Origin: an uncultured Chloroflexia bacterium
GTDB taxonomy: Bacteria > Chloroflexota > Limnocylindria > Limnocylindrales > CSP1-4
Direction: 5' to 3'
DNA length: 64,000 nt
Assembly (NCBI GenBank): GCA_963833225.1
Contig: CAWHXD010000006.1
Coordinates: 288,001 to 352,000 of the forward strand
In this document: piece by piece, positions 41,000-49,057 of the stretch
Numbering within the stretch: position 1 is the first letter of the stretch
Layout: each line of letters starts with the position of its first letter
Program-made: the position numbers and the translations under genes
The notes under the pieces: generated by a model
What the model saw: only the letters and a program-made list of their open reading frames with translations
Told to the model about the DNA's origin: nothing
Databases searched by the model: none

Positions 41000-41838
41000 C
41001 GTGCCGGCCGCTCGGCAACGACGGACGGCCGTGCCCGGCCCGCCGCGCGGAGCGCCACCTCGATGAACGGCCGCAGGCGGCCGGCAACCTCCTGCTCCGT
41101 TCTTCGGAATGCGGCCAGCTTCTGCTCGTCCGTGCCCTCGACCTCGGACGGATCGTCAAGGCCCCAGTGCAGCGTGTTGGTGGACCCGGGGAACACCGGG
41201 CACGTCTCGCGGGCCCGGTCGCACACCGTGATCACGTAGTCGAACCGCTGGTCAAGGAACTCGGTGATCACCTTGCTCCGGGCACCGGACCAGTCGATGC
41301 CGGCCTCGCCCAGGACGCGGATGGCGAACGGGTTCACCCGGGTCGCCTCCGTGCCCGCCGAGTGGACCTCGAAGTCCGCGCCGCCGTAGCGCGCGAGCAG
41401 CGCCTCGGCGATCTGGCTGCGCGCCGAGTTGTGCGTGCACACGAAGAGCACACGGATCGGATCGGCCACCGGGTTCATCCTCCTTGCGCGGCCACCGGCC
41501 GCGATCGTCTGCTCCAGGTCGACGAGCTCCCCCTCGAGCCGGTCGAGGTCATCACGCTGGCGCGCGATGGCGGCCCGTTGCTCGGCCAGCATCGGCCCCA
41601 GCCCGAGGTCCACGGCGCCCAGCTCCAAACACAGGCTTGCGAGCCGCCCGGCTTCTCGCGGGGCCACGCCCAGTCGCCGCAGGGCGACGACGAGCCGGAG
41701 CCGAGCCACATCGACATGCGCATAGCTGCGGTAGCCATTATCCCGCCGGTCCGGGACCGGCAGCACGCCTGCCCGCTCGTACCAGCGGACAGCTGACGGG
41801 GCAATCCCGACGCGGTGGGCGAGCTCGGCAATGCGCAT
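40996..41838 (-). CDS. MerR-family HTH fused to LMW-PTP-type arsenate reductase (ArsC)
   Basis: [22 protein letters not shown], then [32 protein letters not shown]. Confidence 0.85.
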   Translation of the reverse strand: MRIAELAHRVGIAPSAVRWYERAGVLPVPDRRDNGYRSYAHVDVARLRLVVALRRLGVAPREAGRLASLCLELGAVDLGLGPMLAEQRAAIARQRDDLDRLEGELVDLEQTIAAGGRARRMNPVADPIRVLFVCTHNSARSQIAEALLARYGGADFEVHSAGTEATRVNPFAIRVLGEAGIDWSGARSKVITEFLDQRFDYVITVCDRARETCPVFPGSTNTLHWGLDDPSEVEGTDEQKLAAFRRTEQEVAGRLRPFIEVALRAAGRARPSVVAERPAR

Positions 41839-41844
41839 GTCCGT

Positions 41845-41875
41845 AGCCTAGACCTTCAAGTGACTCGAAGGTCAA
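41845..41875 (-). promoter_or_regulatory. MerR-type promoter: TTGACC, 19-bp spacer, TAGGCT, with dyad GACCTTC-N9-GAAGGTC
   Basis: -35 at 41870-75, -10 at 41845-50, inverted repeat at 41851-57 / 41867-73. Confidence 0.85.
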
Positions 41876-41894
41876 GCCACTTGCCGAGGCAGCC

Positions 41895-42737
41895 TCAGCG
41901 ACCGAAGCGGCGTGCCCGTTGCTGGTAGGTGCGGATCGCCCGCAGGAAGTCGATCTCCCGGAACGCCGGCCAGTAGACGTCGCAGAAGTGGTACTCGCTG
42001 TAGACACTCTGCCAGGGCAGGAATCCCGACATTCGGATCTCGCCGGAGGTCCGGATGATCAGGTCCGGATCCGATGAGCCGTGGGTGTAGAGGTGGGCGG
42101 CGAGCGCCTCGGCGGTGATGCTGTCGGCAAGCCCGGCCGGTGGCGTGCCCGCCGCGACGGCGTCCCGGACCGTGGCCCGGAAGGCCTCGAGGAGCTCGTC
42201 CCGGCCGCTGTAGGCGATCGCCACCGTCACCGAGATCGCGCCGTCGGTGTGGGACAGCGTCCCCGCCCGTTCGACGGCTTCGGCGAGGCCGGCCGGGAGG
42301 ACGTCGCGCCGACCGATCACGTGCAGCTCCACCGGGGCGCTCGTCCGCCGCCGACCCGACGCAAGCGCGCTGATCGCCTCGCTGGCGACATCGGTGATCG
42401 TCGTCACCTCGTCGGCCGGCCGCTCGAGATTCTCCATCGACAGCGCCCACAGCGTGACCTCGTGGATCCCGAGTTCAACGCACCAGTCGATGAGCTCGAG
42501 GGCCTTCTCGGCGCCTCGCCGATGGCCCTCCCCGAGGTCGGGGTACCCCTCCGCCGTCGCCCATCTGCGGTTGCCATCCATGATCAGCGCGATATGGCCG
42601 GGCCGTGGCCTCGCGCACACGGCCGCTCGCAGGCGGGCAACGTAGAACGCGTAGGCCGGGGCGAGGATGACGCCGACCGCGCGCCGGTAGGCGCGGCCGA
42701 AGCGTCCGTTGGCGAGCGTCGTGAGCGGATCGGCCAT
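41895..42737 (-). CDS. uppS: cis-Prenyltransferase (polyprenyl diphosphate synthase, UppS family)
   Basis: HIALIMDGNRRWA, GHRRG, SMENLER, PDLIIRTSGEIRMSGFLPWQ, RRFGR. Confidence 0.9.
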   Translation of the reverse strand: MADPLTTLANGRFGRAYRRAVGVILAPAYAFYVARLRAAVCARPRPGHIALIMDGNRRWATAEGYPDLGEGHRRGAEKALELIDWCVELGIHEVTLWALSMENLERPADEVTTITDVASEAISALASGRRRTSAPVELHVIGRRDVLPAGLAEAVERAGTLSHTDGAISVTVAIAYSGRDELLEAFRATVRDAVAAGTPPAGLADSITAEALAAHLYTHGSSDPDLIIRTSGEIRMSGFLPWQSVYSEYHFCDVYWPAFREIDFLRAIRTYQQRARRFGR

Positions 42738-43156
42738 CGGGTCTCCCTGGGTGCAGGACGCAGACAAGACGGTAGCCGCCCGCCTCGCGTGGCGTCCCGA
42801 TCAACGAGGGCTCGATCGGCGACGGCTCGCTCGTTCGACACCGGCGCGTCCGGACAGCGGACCGGGCATGGTCCGACGAGCTGGGCGCGCGCCACCCTGC
42901 GAGCACGCCGCCCGGGTCACCACCGCAGAACCCGGTGTGATCGCATGGCCTGTGGTCATTCCCGGCGAGTGCGGGCGGCGAGCCCGATCCGATCCGGCTT
43001 ACGGAATCGGCAAACCGCCCGGGGTCTCCGGGCGGTCTGCTCGACACGGGATGGACCCGCTGGGCCGGGGAGTCGACTGCCGACAGGGACGTGCGATGTC
43101 AGTGACGTTCCGACGCGGCCGGCCCGGCACGCAGGTGGATGGCAGGTGGTGGGCCT

Positions 43157-43720
43157 CTACGGCTTGAACTTGAGGTCGTCTCCGTTGAAGGTGCTGACCA
43201 TCGAGACCAGCAGCCCATCGTCGGTGATATAGGCGTCCGAGCCCCGGTAGGGCTCGGCCAGGAACGGGGCGTCAGCCTCCCAGAGCACGGCGATCGTGCC
43301 ACCGGTCACCTGCCGGGAGATCTCCGTGAACTGGATCCCGCACAGCCCTCCGTCGGCGGGCGTCAGGCTCACGAACCCGGCGAACGTCGCGGCGGCTTCC
43401 GTCCTGCCCTTGATGAGCGATGCGACGTCCCGGAGCTCGTAGCTGTCCGGGTACTGCTGCATCAGCCCCTTCCAGTCACAGGTGTTGAGGGCCGTCAGGT
43501 GCTGGGCGAGCACGGCATCCGGTGTCTTCTCCCGGACCAGGCCCGGCGACACCTCGCCCGTGATGGGGTTCGTGACGGCGCTCGCCGTGTACTTGTGGGA
43601 GTTGCTGTTCCACCCGGGTGGGGTCTTTCCATTGCCCGCGACGACGATCGCGGCGCTGGCGAGCAGTGTGAGCGCCATGAGCGTCACCAAGCCGACTCGG
43701 AGTCTGCGCACTTGGTCCAC
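43157..43720 (-). CDS. Secreted SnoaL/NTF2-like protein
   Basis: AAGGAG RBS, signal peptide, pattern VLAQHLTALN.CDW...IKGR...WEAD...SDAYIT.DG. Confidence 0.6.
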   Translation of the reverse strand: MDQVRRLRVGLVTLMALTLLASAAIVVAGNGKTPPGWNSNSHKYTASAVTNPITGEVSPGLVREKTPDAVLAQHLTALNTCDWKGLMQQYPDSYELRDVASLIKGRTEAAATFAGFVSLTPADGGLCGIQFTEISRQVTGGTIAVLWEADAPFLAEPYRGSDAYITDDGLLVSMVSTFNGDDLKFKP

Positions 43721-44043
43721 CTCCTTGGGCGTGATCGTGCGGGTCGGTCTCGCCAGTGGCTCGGCACGGTCCCGGCGGCCGGGGTTGTGGACCGCGTGTC
43801 AGCGCCTCCCGCAGCACGGCAACCTTGGCAGATCCGGTGCCGGTTGACAATAGATAACCGATTCTCGATTCTCGATGATCTTGCTTCCGGGCGCGACGCG
43901 CGGGAGGGGTCACCGTGGATCCCCCTGTGCGCTTGGGCTACCATGTGCGCCTTGGAACGCTGAGGCGCGCAGCGGAGCAATCCGCTTCGCCACCAGCGTG
44001 GCCGATCCACGAGGCACCGATGTTGGGTGCGCGTGAGACCTGT

Positions 44044-44118
44044 CGGGGCGTGGCGCAACGGTGGCGCACGTGCTTTGGGAGCACGAGGATGTGGGTTCGA
44101 ATCCCACCGCCCCGACCA
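44044..44118 (+). tRNA. tRNA-Pro(TGG)
   Basis: Acceptor CGGGGCG/CGCCCCG plus ACCA; anticodon arm CGTGC-TT-TGG-GA-GCACG; T arm GTGGG-TTCGAAT-CCCAC. Confidence 0.95.
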
Positions 44119-44184
44119 CTATCGCAAGGCGTGTTGGCGCGCTGTTCCCGGGCCGGCCTTGACCGCGCGGAAAGCGCCGTCAAC

Positions 44185-44217
44185 CCGGCGTGTCACGTGG
44201 TCGAAGTAACACGCCGG
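44185..44217. terminator. Hairpin between convergent tRNA and CDS
   Basis: CCGGCGTGT / ACACGCCGG stem. Confidence 0.5.
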
Positions 44218-44227
44218 TGTGTGGCGG

Positions 44228-45253
44228 TCAGCGGGTGACGGCGATCACCACGGTCTTGCGCGCGCGGTGACCGTGCCTGTCGGTGACAGTCGCAGTTACC
44301 TTCCTGGTGCCGACGGTCGTGAACAGGAGTCGTCCCGAGCAGCCCCTGAGGACGTTCTTGTGGTTGATCGAGATCACGCAGGTCACCCTGCCCCTGAAGC
44401 CGGTCGCGACCACCTCAAACGGAACGAAGTGCTTGCGTCGAACGCTCTTCTGCAGCCTGAGCTTGACCGACTGGGCGGCCCGACGCACGGCAGGGTCGAC
44501 GCCGGCGCCGGCGAACTGGGGATCCCCCGCGTCGTTGAACCAGGCCGACCAGTTGCCTGGCGTGTGCGGGACGAAGGAGAAGGTCATGCTCCGGGTTCCC
44601 TGGATGCCGTGGTACTCGCTTTCGTCGCCCGGTCCATACGCCATCCATGTGATCCCGCCCTCGGGAATGACGTAACCACCAAAGGGGTGGGCTGTTGCCG
44701 TGACGGTCTTCTCAACCATCATGTTGGCGCTGAGCGACGCCCACACGCCTGGCAGCGTGCTCTCGGTGATCCCGGTTCCGGCTGGCACGCCGTTGGTCCC
44801 GGTGAAGAGCGGATACTCGTCGGAGAGCCAGTCGCTGGGCATGTTCTCGATGAGCGGATTGGACTCGGAGTCAACGATGCCGTAGGTCCACTGCCACTGG
44901 CTGGCGGAGCTGTACGGCAAGGTGAAGGTCCAGCCATGGCAGTAGCCCTGCTCATTCGTCCCGCGCAGGACGACGGCCCCGAAGCTCGAGTTCCATACGT
45001 TGTTCAGCAGCGAGGCGTCATCGCCCCAGCGCAACTCGTACTGGCAGACGGCGTCAGCCGGCACCGTGAAGTCTTCCGGGTATTGCGGGCTGAACGTGAA
45101 GTCCTGGCCACTGACCGGGTTGGCGGTCGTGTCCATCGTCCACGGGACGGGGACCGGCTGCTCGAACGCCATGGCGGACGTTGGCATCACGCCGACGGCC
45201 ATCGCCGCGGCGATGCCGAGACCGGCGAACCGGGCAAACATGGATCGGATCAT
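44228..45253 (-). CDS. Secreted hypothetical protein: acidic beta-rich body and strongly basic C-terminal domain
   Basis: Signal peptide ...TSAMA-FEQP; K/R-rich final roughly 85 aa. Confidence 0.72.
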   Translation of the reverse strand: MIRSMFARFAGLGIAAAMAVGVMPTSAMAFEQPVPVPWTMDTTANPVSGQDFTFSPQYPEDFTVPADAVCQYELRWGDDASLLNNVWNSSFGAVVLRGTNEQGYCHGWTFTLPYSSASQWQWTYGIVDSESNPLIENMPSDWLSDEYPLFTGTNGVPAGTGITESTLPGVWASLSANMMVEKTVTATAHPFGGYVIPEGGITWMAYGPGDESEYHGIQGTRSMTFSFVPHTPGNWSAWFNDAGDPQFAGAGVDPAVRRAAQSVKLRLQKSVRRKHFVPFEVVATGFRGRVTCVISINHKNVLRGCSGRLLFTTVGTRKVTATVTDRHGHRARKTVVIAVTR

Positions 45254-45454
45254 CTGGGGTGTGGTTCCTCGGGCGCGGCGGGCCATGGACGGGGATCGAC
45301 GGTCAACCCATCCGGACGGGGTGTGCACCCTGGAACGAGGGTGAGTCTCGACCACAGTTGCGCCGCGACTGTCCGTCGCGCAATAGGCGCAGAAGCGCAA
45401 CGGAGACCACCATTGGTACGGGCAGTGTTCCACGCAGGTATTCGATCCGCCGCC

Positions 45455-45473
45455 TCTTGAGGGGATCTTGACG
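45455..45473 (+). promoter_or_regulatory. Putative OmpR-family direct-repeat site TCTTGAGG-N3-TCTTGACG
   Basis: 11-bp period; matches sites at 48954 and 54070. Confidence 0.55.
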
Positions 45474-45585
45474 TTGGGCTGAGGCGCCCTGCATCGACTC
45501 CTGGCCGTGTATCGGGGACGATGGTGTCCGGACCGTGCCGCTGCTCGCGACACATCTCGACGCCGACGAAGACCAGGAGCGCCCC

Positions 45586-46173
45586 GTGTCCACCCCCCGA
45601 ACCCGAGCCATCCGCATCGCGGGGCTCCACCTTCGCGTCTTGCTGCCCGTGTTCATCGTGACCGCCGCCCTCGGTGGTGCCGTCGCCGGCTGTTCGACCG
45701 GTGCGGCGGGATCGATGGAGGCCCAGCCAACGGCCGTGACCGGTGGCGGGGTAACCGCGGCCGGCGGGGTGAGCGTCCCGATGGGCTCCATGACCATGCC
45801 CACGGCGCAGGAGATTGACGCCGCCTGGGACGCCCGCCCGGCGTACGTCACGGACCTCCCCGCCGAGTGGCAGGCGGCCTATGCCTTCGCGCTGGCGAGG
45901 CCCGACGTCCTGCAGTGGCTGCCTTGCTACTGCGGCTGCGCCGGCATCCCGCATCGCAGCAACCTCGACTGCTTCTTCGGGCGCCGCGAGGTCAAGGGCA
46001 CGTTCTCGTACGAGGAGCATGCCTCGTACTGCGATGTCTGCATCAGGACCGCGAACATGGCAAGCGACATGCTCGGACAGGGCCAGACGATGGTGCAGAT
46101 CCGGGCAGCCGTGGATTCGACGTTCAGCGGCGGTGCGGCGCCCGGTACCGACACGCCGATGCCGCCCGCGTGA
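45586..46173 (+). CDS. PCYCGC-motif lipoprotein
   Basis: Lipobox VAGC, LPCYCGC, HRSNLDCF, HASYCDVC; AGGAG RBS before GTG. Confidence 0.88.
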   Translation: MSTPRTRAIRIAGLHLRVLLPVFIVTAALGGAVAGCSTGAAGSMEAQPTAVTGGGVTAAGGVSVPMGSMTMPTAQEIDAAWDARPAYVTDLPAEWQAAYAFALARPDVLQWLPCYCGCAGIPHRSNLDCFFGRREVKGTFSYEEHASYCDVCIRTANMASDMLGQGQTMVQIRAAVDSTFSGGAAPGTDTPMPPA

Positions 46174-46212
46174 CCTGGCACGGGCCCCGTGGGCAGGTGT
46201 CCCCGCGGGGCC

Positions 46213-47325
46213 TCACGCCAGCGGCAGCCGGACGCTGAAGGTGGATCCGCCGCCAGCGCCGGGGCTGCTGACCGTGATGGATCCACCCATCGCCGCCACG
46301 AGGGACTTGCTGATCGCGAGGCCCAGGCCGCTTCCCCCTGCCTCGCGGGAGCGCGATGGATCTGCCCGGTAGAAGCGGTCGAACACCCTCGCCGCCTGCT
46401 CGGGCGCCAGGCCGGCGCCGTCGTCGCCCACCGAGAGGATGATCATTGGCGACTTCACGGCCGACGCGAGCTCCACCCAACCGCCGGTCTTGCCGTAGCG
46501 GAGCGCGTTCCCCACGAGGTTGTCGAGGACTTGGGCCACGCGCACCCGGTCCCCGCGGAAGGAGGCTTCCTCGACGGGGCCAAGGGTGAGGACCACGGAT
46601 CCTGCCGCGGCCGCGGCCCCATGCCGCGCCACGGCATCCTCAAGCACGCTCCGGGCGTCGAGCGTCTCCACGGCGAGTCGCAGGTCGCTCGACTCCGCGT
46701 GCCACAGGACCGCGAGGTCATCGACCAGGCGCTCCAGGCGGGCCGTCTGCTCATCGAGCACGCGCCAGGTCTCGGGCCCGGGCGCGAACACGCCGGCCTG
46801 GAGGCCCTCCACGTATCCGCGAACGGAGGCGATCGGCGTCCGCAGCTCGTGGGTGACGTCCCCGATGAGATCACGGCGGCGCTGCTCGTGCTCCCCAAGG
46901 GCAGCGGCCATCTCGTTGAACGAGGAGGCAAGATCCCCGAGCTCGCCATCGGCCGCGGACACGCGCTGCGCGTAGTCGCCGCCGGCCACCTGACGGCTCG
47001 CCGCGGCCAGCTCGTCAATCGGGCGGGACAGCCGCGTCGCGAGCAGGACCGATGCCCCCACGGCCACGACGACCGCGGCACCGAGGCCGAGGGCCAGGGC
47101 CGATCCGACGGCGTCGCCGAACGCCGCGCGCAGGGCGGGATCCATCATCCCGGCGCCTCTCCCGCCCATCATCTCGCCGGATCCGTTCATGCCCATGGCA
47201 TCGTCGAAGGCGAGCGGCGCGGCGAGCCACACGCCGATCGCCACGGCGGCAACCCCGGCCGTGGCGACCGCCAGGTTGGCCGCCAGCAGGCGCCAGCGGA
47301 GCCGCCCGAGGTCCGGACCGGTCAT
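46213..47325 (-). CDS. HAMP sensor histidine kinase with Met-rich extracytoplasmic loop (CopS-like)
   Basis: HELRTP, NLVGNALRY, DDGAG, FYRADPSR, GSGLGLAI; loop AMGMNGSGEMMGG..GMM. Confidence 0.93.
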   Translation of the reverse strand: MTGPDLGRLRWRLLAANLAVATAGVAAVAIGVWLAAPLAFDDAMGMNGSGEMMGGRGAGMMDPALRAAFGDAVGSALALGLGAAVVVAVGASVLLATRLSRPIDELAAASRQVAGGDYAQRVSAADGELGDLASSFNEMAAALGEHEQRRRDLIGDVTHELRTPIASVRGYVEGLQAGVFAPGPETWRVLDEQTARLERLVDDLAVLWHAESSDLRLAVETLDARSVLEDAVARHGAAAAAGSVVLTLGPVEEASFRGDRVRVAQVLDNLVGNALRYGKTGGWVELASAVKSPMIILSVGDDGAGLAPEQAARVFDRFYRADPSRSREAGGSGLGLAISKSLVAAMGGSITVSSPGAGGGSTFSVRLPLA

Positions 47326-48032
47326 CGACCTGGTTCCCGCAGGCGGTACCCGATGCCCCGGACGGTCTCGATGAACCGCGGATGTCCCGGGTCATCGCCG
47401 AGCTTGCGGCGAAGATTCCCGACATGAACCTCGAGGACGTGCTCGTCGCCCATGAAGTCGATCCCCCACGCCGCATCGAGCAGCTGCTGACGGGTCAGCA
47501 CAACCCCGGGGTCACGACCCAGCGCCTCGAGGATCGCGAACTCGAGCGCCGTCAGCTCCACCGCTGCGTCGCCCACCGTCACCTCGCGGCGGGCCGGGTC
47601 AATGGTGAGGTCGTCCACGCGCATCACGCCGTCGCGGCGGGGATCCGGCGCGGGACGCCGCCGCCGCTGGAGCGCCTCGACCCGCGCGACGAGCTCACCC
47701 GGGGAGAATGGCTTGGTGAGGTAGTCGTCCGCCCCCACCTTGAGGCCCACGATCCGGTCGATCTCGTCGGTGCGCGCGGTGAGCAGGATGACCAGAGGGT
47801 CCGCGAAGGTTCGGACGCGGCGGAGCACCTCCAGCCCGTCGAAGCCCGGCAGCATGATGTCGAGCACGACGATGTCGGGCGCAAAGCCGCGGACCTGCTC
47901 GACGGCCGAGGGTCCGTCGGCGGCTTCGGCAACGATCATGCCCTCTCGCTCGAGGAATCCCCGCACGATCGCGCGGATCGGCGGCTCGTCGTCCACGACG
48001 AGGACTCGGGTCGGGTTGCCCGGGGTGGCCAT
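47322..48032 (-). CDS. OmpR-family response regulator
   Basis: VLVVDDE, LDIMLP, GADDYLTKPF, VHVGNLRRKL, ETVRGIGY. Confidence 0.95.
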   Translation of the reverse strand: MATPGNPTRVLVVDDEPPIRAIVRGFLEREGMIVAEAADGPSAVEQVRGFAPDIVVLDIMLPGFDGLEVLRRVRTFADPLVILLTARTDEIDRIVGLKVGADDYLTKPFSPGELVARVEALQRRRRPAPDPRRDGVMRVDDLTIDPARREVTVGDAAVELTALEFAILEALGRDPGVVLTRQQLLDAAWGIDFMGDEHVLEVHVGNLRRKLGDDPGHPRFIETVRGIGYRLREPGR

Positions 48033-48088
48033 GCGCTCCTCGATCGGATGGCGGCCGTCGCGGCCACCTGCGGGCATCGTACGGTGGC

Positions 48089-48613
48089 TCATTCGACGAC
48101 GGTGATGATCCCCCGCATGCCCGCCTCGTAGTGGCCGGGCTCGTGGCAGGCGAAGGCGTACGGCCCGCTGCCATCGAACGTGTAGGTGACGGCCTTCGTT
48201 TCCATCATGCCGATGTCCGCCGCCTCGGGCGTGCCCTCCGCGTCGGTGGCGACCGCGTCTGCCGGACCCACCATGAACTCGTGGACCAGGCGGCCCATCG
48301 AGGTCACCTCGAAGGTGATGGTCTCGCCCTTCGCCACCACGATGGCCGATGGGTTGAACGTGTAGCCGGGACCGGCGATGACGCGCACGACGCGAGGGCG
48401 AGCGACGGTGCCCGCCACGAAGCCCGCCTGGCCCGGCCCCGGGGAGATAAACCCGGTTGACCCGGTTCCGCCCATCATCCCGCCAGGTCCGCCGGCGACG
48501 GGACCGATCGTGCCCAGCGGACCGAGGCCTCTGCCCACGACCGTCCCGGCGCCGATCAGCAGGATGCCGGCCAGCACGAGGGCGACGCCCAGCAGCCCAA
48601 GCCGTCCCCTCAT
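48089..48613 (-). CDS. Cupredoxin (type 1 blue copper) protein
   Basis: VHEF...FACHEPGHYEAGM (His/Cys/His/Met ligands); N-terminal TM and GMMGG. Confidence 0.9.
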   Translation of the reverse strand: MRGRLGLLGVALVLAGILLIGAGTVVGRGLGPLGTIGPVAGGPGGMMGGTGSTGFISPGPGQAGFVAGTVARPRVVRVIAGPGYTFNPSAIVVAKGETITFEVTSMGRLVHEFMVGPADAVATDAEGTPEAADIGMMETKAVTYTFDGSGPYAFACHEPGHYEAGMRGIITVVE

Positions 48614-48873
48614 CCCTCGGATTCCAGCGTCTGCTTCGCCGCGAGGTACTCATCTCTCGTGATCTCGCCCTTGGCAAACCGGAGTCGCAGCACGTCCACC
48701 GCGTCGCCGACCGGCGGCCGCAGCACGGCCGTCGAGGAGGCCGGCGTACCGGCTCCGAGCCTGCCGATCGCCCAGGCGACCAGCAACACGGCACCCACGC
48801 CGAGCAAGACCAGTCCGATGAGGGCCAGCAGCCCTCCCAAGCCGAACCCAAGGCCGGCGCCGTACTCCATCAT
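48610..48873 (-). CDS. SHOCT-domain small membrane protein
   Basis: TM helix, then VLRLRFAKGEITRDEY. Confidence 0.85.
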   Translation of the reverse strand: MMEYGAGLGFGLGGLLALIGLVLLGVGAVLLVAWAIGRLGAGTPASSTAVLRPPVGDAVDVLRLRFAKGEITRDEYLAAKQTLESEG

Positions 48874-48953
48874 CTCGATCGCTCCATCTTCACGCGGCCC
48901 GCTTGGGGCACAACCTCACGATGGGGCACGTGGCTCAGGGGGGCCGCTCGACA

Positions 48954-48973
48954 GCCTCAAGATCGCCTCAAGA
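48954..48973 (-). promoter_or_regulatory. Putative OmpR-family direct-repeat site (GCCTCAAGA x2 on the + strand)
   Basis: Exact 9-mer repeat with 11-bp period in the divergent SHOCT/ATPase intergenic region. Confidence 0.65.
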
Positions 48974-49057
48974 CGCCGTTGCTCGGACCGTGGACGGGGT
49001 CGGCGACCGATGCCTGCCCTTGCAGGCGGCGGGCGACCGGCCCACGATGCCGGTGAC

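Noticed and set aside
45300-45410. Nested hairpins upstream of the 45253 gene as a riboswitch
   Set aside because: No recognisable conserved riboswitch sequence; short GC stems are expected by chance
47322-48851. 509-aa response regulator with long N-terminus
   Set aside because: The upstream part overlaps the cupredoxin and SHOCT genes in other frames; the receiver domain begins near ATG 48032
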